A stretch of DNA of 45,091 bases from a virus (IMGVR_UViG_3300027742_000005:1-45091); one strand, 5' to 3'; positions 25,935-34,830 are shown, numbered from the stretch's first letter. The notes: generated by a model not told the origin, from the letters alone. Program-made: numbers and translations.

Positions 25935-27374
25935 TCACCTTACTCTTACCTCTGTCTTCTCTCTGGTCGAACATCGAGGCATATAAGCTACACAATCTAC
26001 CATGTCATCATTCTCTCCATCATCAAAAGCACAAAGCTCATCTTCAAAGACTTCGAGATTCTCCATTTTAGCATTATGATAGACTTTTCCGCTTTCGTAT
26101 TTAGCGCTCATCGGCATAGCCCGGGTAACTTTATCCTTATCTGCTTCCAAAGGCCTTACTGACATATCAGGAAATACATCCATCTCATCCATTAATACTC
26201 TTTGATATTGTTTAGTCTCTATTCCCATCCATCTCAGGCCAAATATTTTCCACCTTATATAATTCATCCTTGACAGCTTTTTCTGTTCACCCCAGGAATA
26301 CCTTCCTCTTCTGATATCAATTATATAGAAATTGCCTTCTTTGTCCAGACCATAAGTTAAGATTACAAAGTAATCAGCTTTATCACTCTTCGATATTGCT
26401 AAATCGCAAGTCTGATAAATAGCTAAATCCTTATAACTAAATCTACGTCCATCAGTATCTCTGAAATCGCCTTCGGGGGTCTTATCGAAATACTTAAACC
26501 ATTCCCGGTGAAATATCTTTCCGATTTTCATGAGTTCAGTATCATTTTGCCATTGAGCATTAAATACTATCGAACCCCATTTGTTCTTCTTATCCATCAA
26601 CCATTTGAAAGAATACATTTCAGGCCATAAAACTTTTTTGCTTTCTTCGTCTATTATTGCTCTATGAGAATTCTTATTAGTTCTTACTCCACGTTTGAGT
26701 ACTTTATCATATTCATCATCATGGTGATATCTAGTACCATTCCAACCTATTTTCCCATCTTTTTTTACCATGGGAATCAAAGTCATCCCCAACCAATCAT
26801 GTACTTTATCCCTCTGATATTTAGTCCTCGAATTATCAAAATCGATTATATCGTCAATCATTAAATAATCAAAATCTAATCCGGTAATCGATTTCCCATA
26901 ACTGATAGCTGTTACAGTCGAAGTCTTTTTTATTTTATCTGCTCCTATTACATTAAATTCAGTATCTGACCAGGGAGTACCAGGAGCAAGATAAGGATAC
27001 ATCTCTCTTAATACTACATTCCTCTCCAACTGCATCTTCGTTTCCCTGGAGAACTTTATGGCTTGTCCATCTGTATCTGAACATATACCTACTTGCACAT
27101 TAGGATTTTCTATGATTCTTGCTATAGTCCTGATTACTGCCCTTACCGTAGTTTTAGCAAAGTTCCTGGGACCTAAACATAAATCCTCTTCTTCTTCATC
27201 ATGCAATCCTAAATTAAACCATTCTTCATGAAATTTCTTCCATTCATAATCCGGATATAATATTTTAGCTAACTGCCAGGGGTCAGCTTTTACTTCCCTT
27301 CTTTTCTTCTCTATCAGGAATTTGAAGTATTGTTCCTTTTGCGAGCGTGATAATGTATTTATCGAGTTCTTCAT
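25935..27374 (-). CDS. terL: Terminase large subunit
   Basis: Track start is GTG 27377; ATG at 27374. LCLGPRNFAKTT (Walker A-like), FDYLMIDDII (Walker B), and a C-terminal nuclease region (CDLAISKSDKADYFVILTYG, GENDDMVDCVAYM). Confidence 0.9.
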   Translation of the reverse strand: MKNSINTLSRSQKEQYFKFLIEKKRREVKADPWQLAKILYPDYEWKKFHEEWFNLGLHDEEEEDLCLGPRNFAKTTVRAVIRTIARIIENPNVQVGICSDTDGQAIKFSRETKMQLERNVVLREMYPYLAPGTPWSDTEFNVIGADKIKKTSTVTAISYGKSITGLDFDYLMIDDIIDFDNSRTKYQRDKVHDWLGMTLIPMVKKDGKIGWNGTRYHHDDEYDKVLKRGVRTNKNSHRAIIDEESKKVLWPEMYSFKWLMDKKNKWGSIVFNAQWQNDTELMKIGKIFHREWFKYFDKTPEGDFRDTDGRRFSYKDLAIYQTCDLAISKSDKADYFVILTYGLDKEGNFYIIDIRRGRYSWGEQKKLSRMNYIRWKIFGLRWMGIETKQYQRVLMDEMDVFPDMSVRPLEADKDKVTRAMPMSAKYESGKVYHNAKMENLEVFEDELCAFDDGENDDMVDCVAYMPRCSTREKTEVRVR

Positions 27375-27840
27375 CACTTAAACCTTCCATTCCGGTTTTA
27401 TCTTTAGTTTCTATCTCTCCTTTAAATTGCATTAATAGTTTTGCAGGTTCTCCTAATAATGATAAATCAAGTTTAATCATCCTCTCAAGTGCCAGGAGTG
27501 CAGCATTATATTGTGCCATATTCTCAATCTTAATTTCTTTATTCCTGACTTTCTCTACTATGGTTGAAATGATAGAATTTATTATCTTCGTATTTATCTT
27601 AATGGTATTATGATATTCTGCTTTCTCCTCGATTATGGACTTGGTAATCCTTCTCTCTACTCCCTGCATTATCTCAGTATCACGTTTCTCTATCCGTTTT
27701 TTCCATTCGAATTCAGTTTTCCATTTTTCGATACTTCTCCTTGAAACTGAGAACTCATCAGCAACTAATTGTGAAGTTCTTTTATCTCCTAAATTATAAT
27801 AAAACTCAAATGCCCTCCTGTGTCTATCATTTTCTAACAT
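27283..27840 (-). CDS. terS: Terminase small subunit (HTH-containing), inferred
   Basis: 185 aa immediately upstream of terL, overlapping it by 92 nt. HTH-like TSQLVADEFSVSRRSIEKWKTEFEWKKR. Confidence 0.55.
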   Translation of the reverse strand: MLENDRHRRAFEFYYNLGDKRTSQLVADEFSVSRRSIEKWKTEFEWKKRIEKRDTEIMQGVERRITKSIIEEKAEYHNTIKINTKIINSIISTIVEKVRNKEIKIENMAQYNAALLALERMIKLDLSLLGEPAKLLMQFKGEIETKDKTGMEGLSDEELDKYIITLAKGTILQIPDREEKKGSKS

Positions 27841-27913
27841 CTAATTCACACCTATTTTATTAATTCACATTCTTTAAAACTTTACAATATATAAGAATTG
27901 TAGAATATCATCT

Positions 27914-28519
27914 TTATATTCTTATTCCTTTTTCATATTCTTTTGATACTTTCTTTGGCACATTTTCGCCCCTTTTTATCGCATCTTCAACCTCATATTT
28001 ATGCCCCTGCAAATAGGAATCTTCATAAGCATTTATTATAAAGTCCTTATTCTTCAGCGGATTCAATACCTCATTAATTGCCTTATATTTTTCTGTTCTT
28101 CTTTCCCATTGCCTTACCTGCCTTTCATATTCCTTTACCGCCTTCGGGTGAATTTCCTGATAGTATTCCTTTCGGGTCATTCGCCAGATTATTCTGTCAA
28201 TTACCCATTTTTCGTAAAAGTCTATTTTTTTCAGTATGATTTTTTTGGCATGGTCATAGTTATAGTATATCTCCGAAAATCCCACTTGTTTGCGGTCTCT
28301 GATGTCTTCACGGTCAAGCTCGGCATGAACAGACACCAAATAGCCTTCACCTTGATAGCTACATAATTCAGCGGATATATTTCCTCTGCCATGAGTATTA
28401 TAATAGTAAAGCAGTTCATAACCGCCCCGCTTTTCCTGTTTCTCGTTCTCAATTATTACGCCTTCATTTTTAAAAGTTAAATATCTTATCGGATAGTCCG
28501 AAGTTCGGATTGTCTTCAT
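27914..28519 (-). CDS. Hypothetical protein (201 aa)
   Basis: ATG 28519 is coupled (ATGA) to the upstream mini-gene. No family recognised. Confidence 0.6.
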   Translation of the reverse strand: MKTIRTSDYPIRYLTFKNEGVIIENEKQEKRGGYELLYYYNTHGRGNISAELCSYQGEGYLVSVHAELDREDIRDRKQVGFSEIYYNYDHAKKIILKKIDFYEKWVIDRIIWRMTRKEYYQEIHPKAVKEYERQVRQWERRTEKYKAINEVLNPLKNKDFIINAYEDSYLQGHKYEVEDAIKRGENVPKKVSKEYEKGIRI

Positions 28520-28695
28520 TTTATTTGTCCCTCACATTTTTTGTCATGATATTCAAGGTCAAAATCTGGCTCTTCGCCTTCCCAATTATCGCAAAAATCT
28601 TCTTCGTATATTTCATGTTCGCCTCGTGCCTGGCAATAACATAAATCCGAATCATAATATTTACAAAATCCGCATATATGTTTTACTTTTTTCAT
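28516..28695 (-). CDS. Cys-rich mini-protein (59 aa, not in track)
   Basis: ATG 28695 with SD AGAGGT. I translated it codon by codon: MKKVKHICGFCKYYDSDLCYCQARGEHEIYEEDFCDNWEGEEPDFDLEYHDKKCEGQIK. The TGA overlaps the next ATG. Confidence 0.55.
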   Translation of the reverse strand: MKKVKHICGFCKYYDSDLCYCQARGEHEIYEEDFCDNWEGEEPDFDLEYHDKKCEGQIK

Positions 28696-28760
28696 TTTAC
28701 TTACCTCTTTTTTTATTTTTTGAATCGTTGATTGACATCTATTTTATTCTCATAAGCATT

Positions 28761-29144
28761 TTACTCCTCTATAACATATACTTTTACCAATCTTATTCCC
28801 CAGTCGATTGCTTCTTGTAATGTATTATAACATACATCTGCTTCCCATCCTTTGATTGAACTCCCTACATCATTGCAGATACCATATCCATATCCCTCTA
28901 TGAATACTCTCTGACCTAACCTTAGAGGACCGCCTTCGGGGTCGATTGCTATACAGCCATATCCCGCTATTGCTCCAGTCGCGGTAAGCCCATCATTAAA
29001 AGGATAAGTACATTCCGGTCCGGGGTAATAAGCAGTTACTCTCAAAATATAATATTTACATTCTTGAATTTCTGCCTCAGGCCAACCCACATATAATAAC
29101 AAAATTAATATTATAATCTCAATCAAAATAATCAATTTTTTCAT
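28761..29144 (-). CDS. Secreted or anchored 3D-domain protein (RlpA/MltA-like double-psi beta-barrel; peptidoglycan-acting)
   Basis: Track start is GTG 29165; ATG 29144 has SD AAGGAG. Signal/anchor KKLIILIEIIILILLLYVGW. Then RVTAYYPGPECT..GLTATGAIAGYGCIAIDPEGGPLRLGQRVFIEGYGYGICNDVGSSIKGWEADV. Confidence 0.65.
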   Translation of the reverse strand: MKKLIILIEIIILILLLYVGWPEAEIQECKYYILRVTAYYPGPECTYPFNDGLTATGAIAGYGCIAIDPEGGPLRLGQRVFIEGYGYGICNDVGSSIKGWEADVCYNTLQEAIDWGIRLVKVYVIEE

Positions 29145-29174
29145 CTTTAACTCCTTTCTCATCACAACGCAAGA

Positions 29175-29200
29175 AAGGATAAGCCCGGCAACTTATCCTT
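29175..29200 (-). terminator. 9-bp perfect hairpin (AAGGATAAG-N8-CTTATCCTT) followed by a U-containing tract
   Basis: Read directly from the sequence. Lies in a relatively GC-rich 111-nt spacer after 29277..29588. Confidence 0.4.
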
Positions 29201-29276
29201 CCCTGCATTTTAGGAGGTAATGAGCAGTTGAAAGCCCAGGGTCGATAATCTGGGAAAATTCCCTGCTCTCTGCGGG

Positions 29277-29588
29277 TCAAACTTCTTCTTCTATCATACT
29301 CACATAATCAGGACAATTTCTTATCATACGTCTAAACCAAGCTCTGGCGCTATGCGAAGCATTATGACCTTTGAAATGTTTTATCATCTGAAATCCAAAT
29401 CGATAATTATTATGTCTCAAACACCATCTTTCCAGAGTTACGCATGCAGTACCTCTCCCTAAATTTGCTACGAGTAATACTCCCCTGAATAGAAATTTAT
29501 TACTCCTGATATTTATAGTCTTTTCACAATCATAGAATTTACTGCCTCCTGCGTACTTTTTCTTAAGTTCCCATTTAATATCATCCAT
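29277..29588 (-). CDS. Hypothetical protein (103 aa)
   Basis: ATG 29588 with SD GAGGAG. Confidence 0.6.
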   Translation of the reverse strand: MDDIKWELKKKYAGGSKFYDCEKTINIRSNKFLFRGVLLVANLGRGTACVTLERWCLRHNNYRFGFQMIKHFKGHNASHSARAWFRRMIRNCPDYVSMIEEEV

Positions 29589-29602
29589 CTCTTTTCACTC
29601 CT

Positions 29603-29812
29603 CTATTTTTTAATCTTCAATCTTTCTTCTTTTAATAAACCCCCCGGACTATCATATCTTTCTTGTAATTCATTACAGATTACAGGAAAAACGGCTTTCA
29701 ATCTCATAGCATTCATAGTATCTGCTTTTCTCATTGCAGACATTATTAATGATGCAAATGGCGGGTCATTTTTTGATATCTCTTTTGATTTCTCATAATC
29801 ATATAAACTCAT
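29603..29812 (-). CDS. Hypothetical protein (69 aa)
   Basis: ATG 29812 with SD AAGGAG. Overlaps the upstream gene by 14 nt. Confidence 0.55.
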   Translation of the reverse strand: MSLYDYEKSKEISKNDPPFASLIMSAMRKADTMNAMRLKAVFPVICNELQERYDSPGGLLKEERLKIKK

Positions 29813-30536
29813 CTCTTTTTACTCCTTTCGGAAATTCTTTTATTTCTTCCGGATAGATATTTTTTAAGCTATCTTTTAGATAAAGAGGTACTCCAGTTCT
29901 ATTACAAAAATCGACTATGACCTCTATCCACTCTTTTTTAGGAATAACTTTATCTTTTCTATTACCTGTTTCTGCTCCTACAATTACCCAATCTGGTTCA
30001 AAATCATCTATATACCTAATGTTTATCTTTTCCAATAATGGCTCGATACTAAGAAATTTAAGCCCCTTTTTAATAGGTATACAAAATCCTTTCTTTATCA
30101 AGCTATTTGTCATAGTTACTCCGAACCAGCAATTTTTAGTCCATAAATATTTAGCATAGACTTCCGGATGTTGAGTCAAAAATTGAAAGATATGCTGAGG
30201 ATATTGTTTAATCTTTTCGATTACTCTTTCCATCCACTCAGGTTTCCAATAATAGATTTCACTCATAGAGCCTATGAAGATTCGTTGAGGTTTTTTAGGT
30301 AGTTTCTTTTCGAATTGAGCATTTAAGAAAGTAGGTTTAAAATCTTTCAATCCTGATAAATGGTCTCCTGTCCAAGCCCAATTTGGATGTTTTTTCCATT
30401 GATGATTAGCTTCAATCATCCAAACTTTCTTCCAAAATCTTTTTGCTATTCCTCTCGCATAACAATATTCACAATGATTTCTGCATCCCCAGCATGGATT
30501 CCATGTCATATCACACCAACCGATTTTATTCTTCAT
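29799..30536 (-). CDS. Phage Gp37/Gp68-family protein (DUF5131, three-Cys cluster)
   Basis: IGWCDMTWNPCWGCRNHCEYCYARGIAKRF is the family's N-terminal signature. ATG 30536 (SD GGAG) is preferred over the track's GTG 30545. Confidence 0.8.
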   Translation of the reverse strand: MKNKIGWCDMTWNPCWGCRNHCEYCYARGIAKRFWKKVWMIEANHQWKKHPNWAWTGDHLSGLKDFKPTFLNAQFEKKLPKKPQRIFIGSMSEIYYWKPEWMERVIEKIKQYPQHIFQFLTQHPEVYAKYLWTKNCWFGVTMTNSLIKKGFCIPIKKGLKFLSIEPLLEKINIRYIDDFEPDWVIVGAETGNRKDKVIPKKEWIEVIVDFCNRTGVPLYLKDSLKNIYPEEIKEFPKGVKRDEFI

Positions 30537-30687
30537 ACCGTTCACTCCAACAATCTTTGGGTCTCCACCCTCTTTTCTTTCCCTCTTTCTTTGCTTTAAT
30601 CCTTATCTCTTCTATAGTCTCTCCTTCTATTATTATGCTATCATTATTCTCTATATTCTCCGGACAATAATTTATTTTTATTTTCAT
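30526..30687 (-). CDS. Mini-protein (53 aa, not in track)
   Basis: ATG 30687 with SD AAGGAG. Translated codon by codon: MKIKINYCPENIENNDSIIIEGETIEEIRIKAKKEGKKRGWRPKDCWSERYEE. Confidence 0.5.
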   Translation of the reverse strand: MKIKINYCPENIENNDSIIIEGETIEEIRIKAKKEGKKRGWRPKDCWSERYEE

Positions 30688-30699
30688 CTCTTTACTCCT

Positions 30700-31134
30700 T
30701 TATTCCCAACCGGGAATGAATCCTTTCCATTTTTCTATTTCTTTATAACTCTCTATATCTTCAAATTTGATTCTCAAATCATCTATCAAAAATGCTATCA
30801 TCTCTCCATTAACTTTATCCTTTGCATATTTATCTGGTATCACAAACCTCAATTTTTTAAATTCTTCTGGATAATATCTCTTAAATCTTCTTAATTTTAT
30901 TTTATCCTGCCTCCTAAAATACCCTTTAACTTCTATCCATAAATCATCTATCGGTAAAAGGAAATCCGGCTTATAGAATCTTGTACCTCGCTTTATTCCT
31001 TTGAATTCAAATTCTTTCGGTTCGTATTCCCAGGGTATTTTCATATAAATATAATATCGACAAATATTCGCTTCCATTTTTGACCGGAAGAATTTCTTTA
31101 TATCTTCTCTGAAACCGCCTTTAGCTATTTCCAT
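30700..31134 (-). CDS. PD-(D/E)XK-type nuclease (possible resolvase or recombination nuclease)
   Basis: SKMEANICRYY...FYKPDFLLPIDDLWIEVKGYF contains the D...ExK core. Confidence 0.5.
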   Translation of the reverse strand: MEIAKGGFREDIKKFFRSKMEANICRYYIYMKIPWEYEPKEFEFKGIKRGTRFYKPDFLLPIDDLWIEVKGYFRRQDKIKLRRFKRYYPEEFKKLRFVIPDKYAKDKVNGEMIAFLIDDLRIKFEDIESYKEIEKWKGFIPGWE

Positions 31135-31334
31135 TTATCTCTCCTGTAAATAGTAGTCTGTATTTTCATTAAATAAGGATTTTTAGTATTAATTATTTCT
31201 ATATTTATTCTTACATCATCTTCCTTAATATTATTTTTTTTAAGATAGTCTTTCACTTTCTTGATAATCTCATCCGAAAGACCTTTGATTAATATATCAT
31301 TAATGCTTATTTGATTCTCTATTTCTTTTTCCAT
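31125..31334 (-). CDS. Hypothetical protein (69 aa)
   Basis: ATG 31334 shares a base with the upstream TAA. Confidence 0.55.
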   Translation of the reverse strand: MEKEIENQISINDILIKGLSDEIIKKVKDYLKKNNIKEDDVRINIEIINTKNPYLMKIQTTIYRRDKWK

Positions 31335-31510
31335 TAATGCTTTTCCTTTCGTCTATTATGACGTTTTCCTTTATATACTGCATTCTTCAAGAATCTTTTT
31401 GCTTTAATCTGCCTTCTTTCTATTTTAGCTTTTCTTATTTTTATTTCTATTTCTCTTTTCTCATTTTCGTATTTATTAATAAGCTTTTTTAATTCTTCCT
31501 CTCTAATCAT
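31334..31510 (-). CDS. Basic coiled-coil mini-protein (58 aa, not in track)
   Basis: ATG 31510 with SD AAGGAGAG. Translation: MIREEELKKLINKYENEKREIEIKIRKAKIERRQIKAKRFLKNAVYKGKRHNRRKEKH. Confidence 0.5.
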   Translation of the reverse strand: MIREEELKKLINKYENEKREIEIKIRKAKIERRQIKAKRFLKNAVYKGKRHNRRKEKH

Positions 31511-31527
31511 ATACTCTCCTTTTTTGC

Positions 31528-31559
31528 AGGGCAGGAGAACACAGCCGCAGACCTGCCCC
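31528..31559 (-). other. GC-rich hairpin (GGGGCAGG-N16-CCTGCCCT on the transcript) after the replisome-organizer gene, with no U-tract
   Basis: Read directly from the sequence. On the minus-sense RNA it is followed by an A-run. Confidence 0.4.
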
Positions 31560-31583
31560 GCACTATTTCCTAATTATCTTTCT

Positions 31584-32411
31584 TTATGAATTTTTTAGCT
31601 CATCTTTTTTCATAGGCATCTTCTCCTTACCTTTTGATTCGGAAACAGGTTGATGTTTTAATTTTTTTATCGCTTTTGCTATTTCTACCTGTCCCGTTTT
31701 CCTATTTTTATTAAATTCTTCTTTAGTCATTTTTTTAGATTTATATTTCTCATAACTAAGATCTTCACTTTCACCTTTATCTTTTGCCTTCTCTCGAGCT
31801 TGTTTCCGGTCTTTCCTATACCAAGCTAATATGGTGGCATAATGACTCTTATATCTTTTCCCCTTCGATTGTATATAAAGCGAAAGGTCTTTCATATACT
31901 CTTTGGTCGGGTTTTTTCCTATCTCATTTATCAATTTATCATATTCTTTAGGTGTAAGAAAAACCCCTTTTTCATGTTCTTTCTTCTCTTTATTTTTTAT
32001 TTCTTTCTGTTTATCTTTTTCTTCTGGAATATAATTATTTTCCTTTTTGATAAATTCTATTAATCTAACATCCTTTACCTTTTTAAACTCTGATTCAATG
32101 TGCTTTCTCACCTTCTCATTATCAGCAAGATAATTATATTTACCCCAATTCTTGATAGCTATTTCATGAGTATCTGGATTATATTTAATCTTCTTTAATT
32201 TATTCTCGAAAAAATCAATTACTTTCAATAATTCTTCTTTACTAAATCCTGTATGAGCAATTACCAATTTCAGAGGGAATTCACTAATTCCGCATTGACT
32301 TGATTTCGGATTAGTAAGTAAATATAAATAAAATAATCTCTGATCTCGAGTGAGTTCAAGCATGTCGGGGTCTTCCCAAAATCTGGTATGAACATATCTG
32401 TATTCTGCCAT
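31584..32411 (-). CDS. Replisome organizer / DnaD-like replication initiation protein
   Basis: N-terminal FWEDPDMLELTRDQRLFYLYLLTN..CGISEF fits the phage replisome-organizer N-terminal domain pattern. K-rich C-terminal half. Confidence 0.65.
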   Translation of the reverse strand: MAEYRYVHTRFWEDPDMLELTRDQRLFYLYLLTNPKSSQCGISEFPLKLVIAHTGFSKEELLKVIDFFENKLKKIKYNPDTHEIAIKNWGKYNYLADNEKVRKHIESEFKKVKDVRLIEFIKKENNYIPEEKDKQKEIKNKEKKEHEKGVFLTPKEYDKLINEIGKNPTKEYMKDLSLYIQSKGKRYKSHYATILAWYRKDRKQAREKAKDKGESEDLSYEKYKSKKMTKEEFNKNRKTGQVEIAKAIKKLKHQPVSESKGKEKMPMKKDELKNS

Positions 32412-32464
32412 CTCTTTTACTCCTTTATTATATCCTAAAAAAAAAGAGAGGAATGAGATTTTAA

Positions 32465-32554
32465 TTATGGAAAGAGATGATTAATAGGAGCATCCACTTT
32501 CAAAATCCGCATTCCTCGCTTTGATTTTTTATCCTCTATTCTTTTTTCAGACAT
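32465..32554 (-). CDS. Possible 29-codon leader ORF
   Basis: SD AAGGAGATG lies 7 nt before ATG 32554. Translation: MSEKRIEDKKSKRGMRILKVDAPINHLFP. Very short. Confidence 0.2.
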   Translation of the reverse strand: MSEKRIEDKKSKRGMRILKVDAPINHLFP

Positions 32555-32599
32555 AAAAAAACATCTCCTTTTCAGCTCCTATATCATAATAACATATAA

Positions 32600-32932
32600 T
32601 TAATCATCTTTCAACTTCTTCCAGAACTTTTTAGGAATAAATATCTGCAATCTATGTGGCTTAAAATGCTTGAATATTTTATTATCTTCGATATCTTCTA
32701 AGGTGCATTCATATCTCTTACGAGAAACCATTTCTGTAAGGATTATCTTTTTCAGGCCATAACTCGATTTGAGGATTTCATACATCTTATTATCGAGGCC
32801 CCAGGCATTCAGTTTTTTCATGAAGTGCTTATTTTTATCTCTTCTAATATACCATACTTTTATCTTATTATCAAATACTCCTATTCTCTTCTCAGTTTTA
32901 TCATCCATCTTTATATTAGTTTCCATCAACAT
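32600..32932 (-). CDS. Hypothetical protein (110 aa)
   Basis: ATG 32932 lies directly after the TAA of the upstream mini-gene. Confidence 0.6.
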   Translation of the reverse strand: MLMETNIKMDDKTEKRIGVFDNKIKVWYIRRDKNKHFMKKLNAWGLDNKMYEILKSSYGLKKIILTEMVSRKRYECTLEDIEDNKIFKHFKPHRLQIFIPKKFWKKLKDD

Positions 32933-33091
32933 TTATTCTATCCCCCCGTATCGCTTTTTTATTATATCCTCTTTTCTGCGCCATTCATAACCCTGTTTAT
33001 ATCCTATATCAAAACCTTTAATATATCCGAAAGTTGCTCCAATTAAGATTCCGGCACAACTAATTAAGATTATTCCCAGAACTTCCCACAC
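32933..33091 (-). CDS. Small TM protein (52 aa, GTG start, not in track)
   Basis: SD AAGGAGG lies 8 nt before GTG 33091. Translation: (M)WEVLGIILISCAGILIGATFGYIKGFDIGYKQGYEWRRKEDIIKKRYGGIE. Confidence 0.5.
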   Translation of the reverse strand: MWEVLGIILISCAGILIGATFGYIKGFDIGYKQGYEWRRKEDIIKKRYGGIE

Positions 33092-33120
33092 TTTTTAATC
33101 CTCCTTTCTCTTTTTTAGGA

Positions 33121-33178
33121 ATATACTTTAAATTTCAAAGCTAAGTACCTTTAATCGCGATTTAGTAAAGTCGCTTAT
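33121..33178 (-). promoter_or_regulatory. Conserved intergenic element, copy B
   Basis: Plus-strand sequence: atataCTTTAAAtttcaaagctaaGTACctttaatcGCGATTtAGTAAAGTCGCTTAT. It ends 30 nt before the start of gene 32933..33091. Confidence 0.5.
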
Positions 33179-33268
33179 AAAACTATATCTATCTATCAAA
33201 ATTCCTTACCACGACCATACACGAGTGTTTTTTTTTCTAAATATCACTATTTTCAGGGTAAATCTCCT

Positions 33269-33343
33269 TTATCTTAAAAAAATCCAGTAAAATGCTACCA
33301 TTACAAAACTTCCTAAAATATATTGTAAAAATGTTAATTCCAT
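33269..33343 (-). CDS. Possible 24-codon hydrophobic peptide ORF
   Basis: SD AAAGGGG precedes ATG 33343. Translation: MELTFLQYILGSFVMVAFYWIFLR. Lies in the largest non-coding gap. Confidence 0.25.
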   Translation of the reverse strand: MELTFLQYILGSFVMVAFYWIFLR

Positions 33344-33371
33344 TTTATCCCCTTTCTAATCTATTTTTATA

Positions 33372-33653
33372 TCAATCATCTTTTTGCTCCTTCTTTTCCG
33401 AATATCCATTACATTCCAAAAGCCATATCGGGTCAAAATTGGCAGGCCACATAAACCAACCTCTTTTTATTCCTGTTGAATGTCCTTTTATTCCTAATTT
33501 TTTAGACGCTTCTATATTTTTACCTTGTAACATTTCAACTAAAGCTCCAAACATATTATCATCTTGTTTTACTAATGGATGATTGCAACAAGAATGTGCA
33601 TCCCCTGGGATACTTTCTCTATATTCACACTTATAACAATCTGGATTTTTCAT
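33372..33653 (-). CDS. Cys/His-rich hypothetical protein (93 aa)
   Basis: The ATG shares a base with the upstream TAA. CYKCEY..HSCCNHP.. Confidence 0.6.
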   Translation of the reverse strand: MKNPDCYKCEYRESIPGDAHSCCNHPLVKQDDNMFGALVEMLQGKNIEASKKLGIKGHSTGIKRGWFMWPANFDPIWLLECNGYSEKKEQKDD

Positions 33654-33898
33654 TATAATTTACCTTCCTTTATTTTTCTTAATCGATAATTAGCTCCATT
33701 AACTCTAATTTCTAATCCTCGCAAGATACTCCCTATTTTAGAATCTCCCTTTTCTTTATCCACTATAACCCCGATAGCTTCTGCTAACATTTCAAATGAT
33801 GGTTTGCTATACCACCATGCTACCAGATTATTTTCCGGTTGATTATATTCATTATCAATACTAAATAGAACACATATTTTACCTGTTCTTTTTTTCAT
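33653..33898 (-). CDS. Hypothetical protein (81 aa)
   Basis: ATG 33898 with SD AAGGAG. Confidence 0.6.
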   Translation of the reverse strand: MKKRTGKICVLFSIDNEYNQPENNLVAWWYSKPSFEMLAEAIGVIVDKEKGDSKIGSILRGLEIRVNGANYRLRKIKEGKL

Positions 33899-33913
33899 CT
33901 CTTTACTCCTTTT

Positions 33914-34693
33914 TTAAAATGGTATTTCTTCGGTAAGATTCTCCAATTTCTTTTTCAATGCTTTCAATTCTTCAATGGATAAAGTCTTGATATCTTTATT
34001 ATTACAATGGACCGCAAAAGTTTCTGCATCCAGATGGTGATCTTCTTTCAATTGCATTATCTCATTTATCAGAGGAACATTATTAATCTTGATTACTTGC
34101 TCATCTGACTTTGCTCCTTCTAACTTTTTCGGTTCTTCTTTTTTCTCTTTTTTCTTCTGGCCGGAAACTCTTTCTTTTTTCTCTGCTCCTATAAGATAAG
34201 TTTTAAATTTATCAGCAGTTTTAATTATTCCATCCTCATCTTTCTCATGTCCAATGCGTGACCCCCAAAATTCTATTGCCATATTAAGAGATATCTTTCT
34301 CAACTCTACTCCTGCTGGTAATACTGAAATTGTTGCAGGCCTGACTATAGTAGAATTATCTTTCTTCGCAGGCATTTCTCCTTCTTTGAAAATCAACTTA
34401 CCAAAAACTTTTACCTTCCCTTCCCAAAGGGTTAATTTACCATCTACCTCTATTTCTTTTCCGATAATATCTTTACCATATTCAAGCTCTTTTTTCTTAT
34501 GACTTATGATTATCTGGATATTATCCGTATCATCCTCTACTATTACATTCTGCCTTGATACTGTATATTTCGCTTTAGCCCTTTGCTCTGGAGTTAAATC
34601 TTTTGCGTCATATACATTTTTTACTTTCCCGGTAAATTTAATTTTGTCATCTTTTTCGCCTTTAGCTTTCAATTCCTTAATAGACATTTTCAT
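33914..34693 (-). CDS. Hypothetical protein, possibly OB-fold/DNA-binding, with a K/E-rich linker
   Basis: 259 aa. The beta-rich N-terminal half (NVIVEDDTDNIQIIISHKK..IEVDGKLTLWEGKVKVFGKL) suggests an OB fold. This is a weak call. Confidence 0.3.
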   Translation of the reverse strand: MKMSIKELKAKGEKDDKIKFTGKVKNVYDAKDLTPEQRAKAKYTVSRQNVIVEDDTDNIQIIISHKKKELEYGKDIIGKEIEVDGKLTLWEGKVKVFGKLIFKEGEMPAKKDNSTIVRPATISVLPAGVELRKISLNMAIEFWGSRIGHEKDEDGIIKTADKFKTYLIGAEKKERVSGQKKKEKKEEPKKLEGAKSDEQVIKINNVPLINEIMQLKEDHHLDAETFAVHCNNKDIKTLSIEELKALKKKLENLTEEIPF

Positions 34694-34830
34694 TTTCTAT
34701 GTCTCCCTTCATATTTTTTCATCCCTTCTTTAGAGATTACCATATTCTCTTTCTTCTCTTTTCTCCACTTCCAAGTATAATAAATTATCATTGCAATTAA
34801 CCAGATGAAGATTATCCATACTAATATCAT
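34690..34830 (-). CDS. Small TM protein (46 aa, not in track)
   Basis: SD AAAGGAG precedes ATG 34830. Translation: MILVWIIFIWLIAMIIYYTWKWRKEKKENMVISKEGMKKYEGRHRK. The TGA overlaps the next ATG. Confidence 0.5.
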   Translation of the reverse strand: MILVWIIFIWLIAMIIYYTWKWRKEKKENMVISKEGMKKYEGRHRK

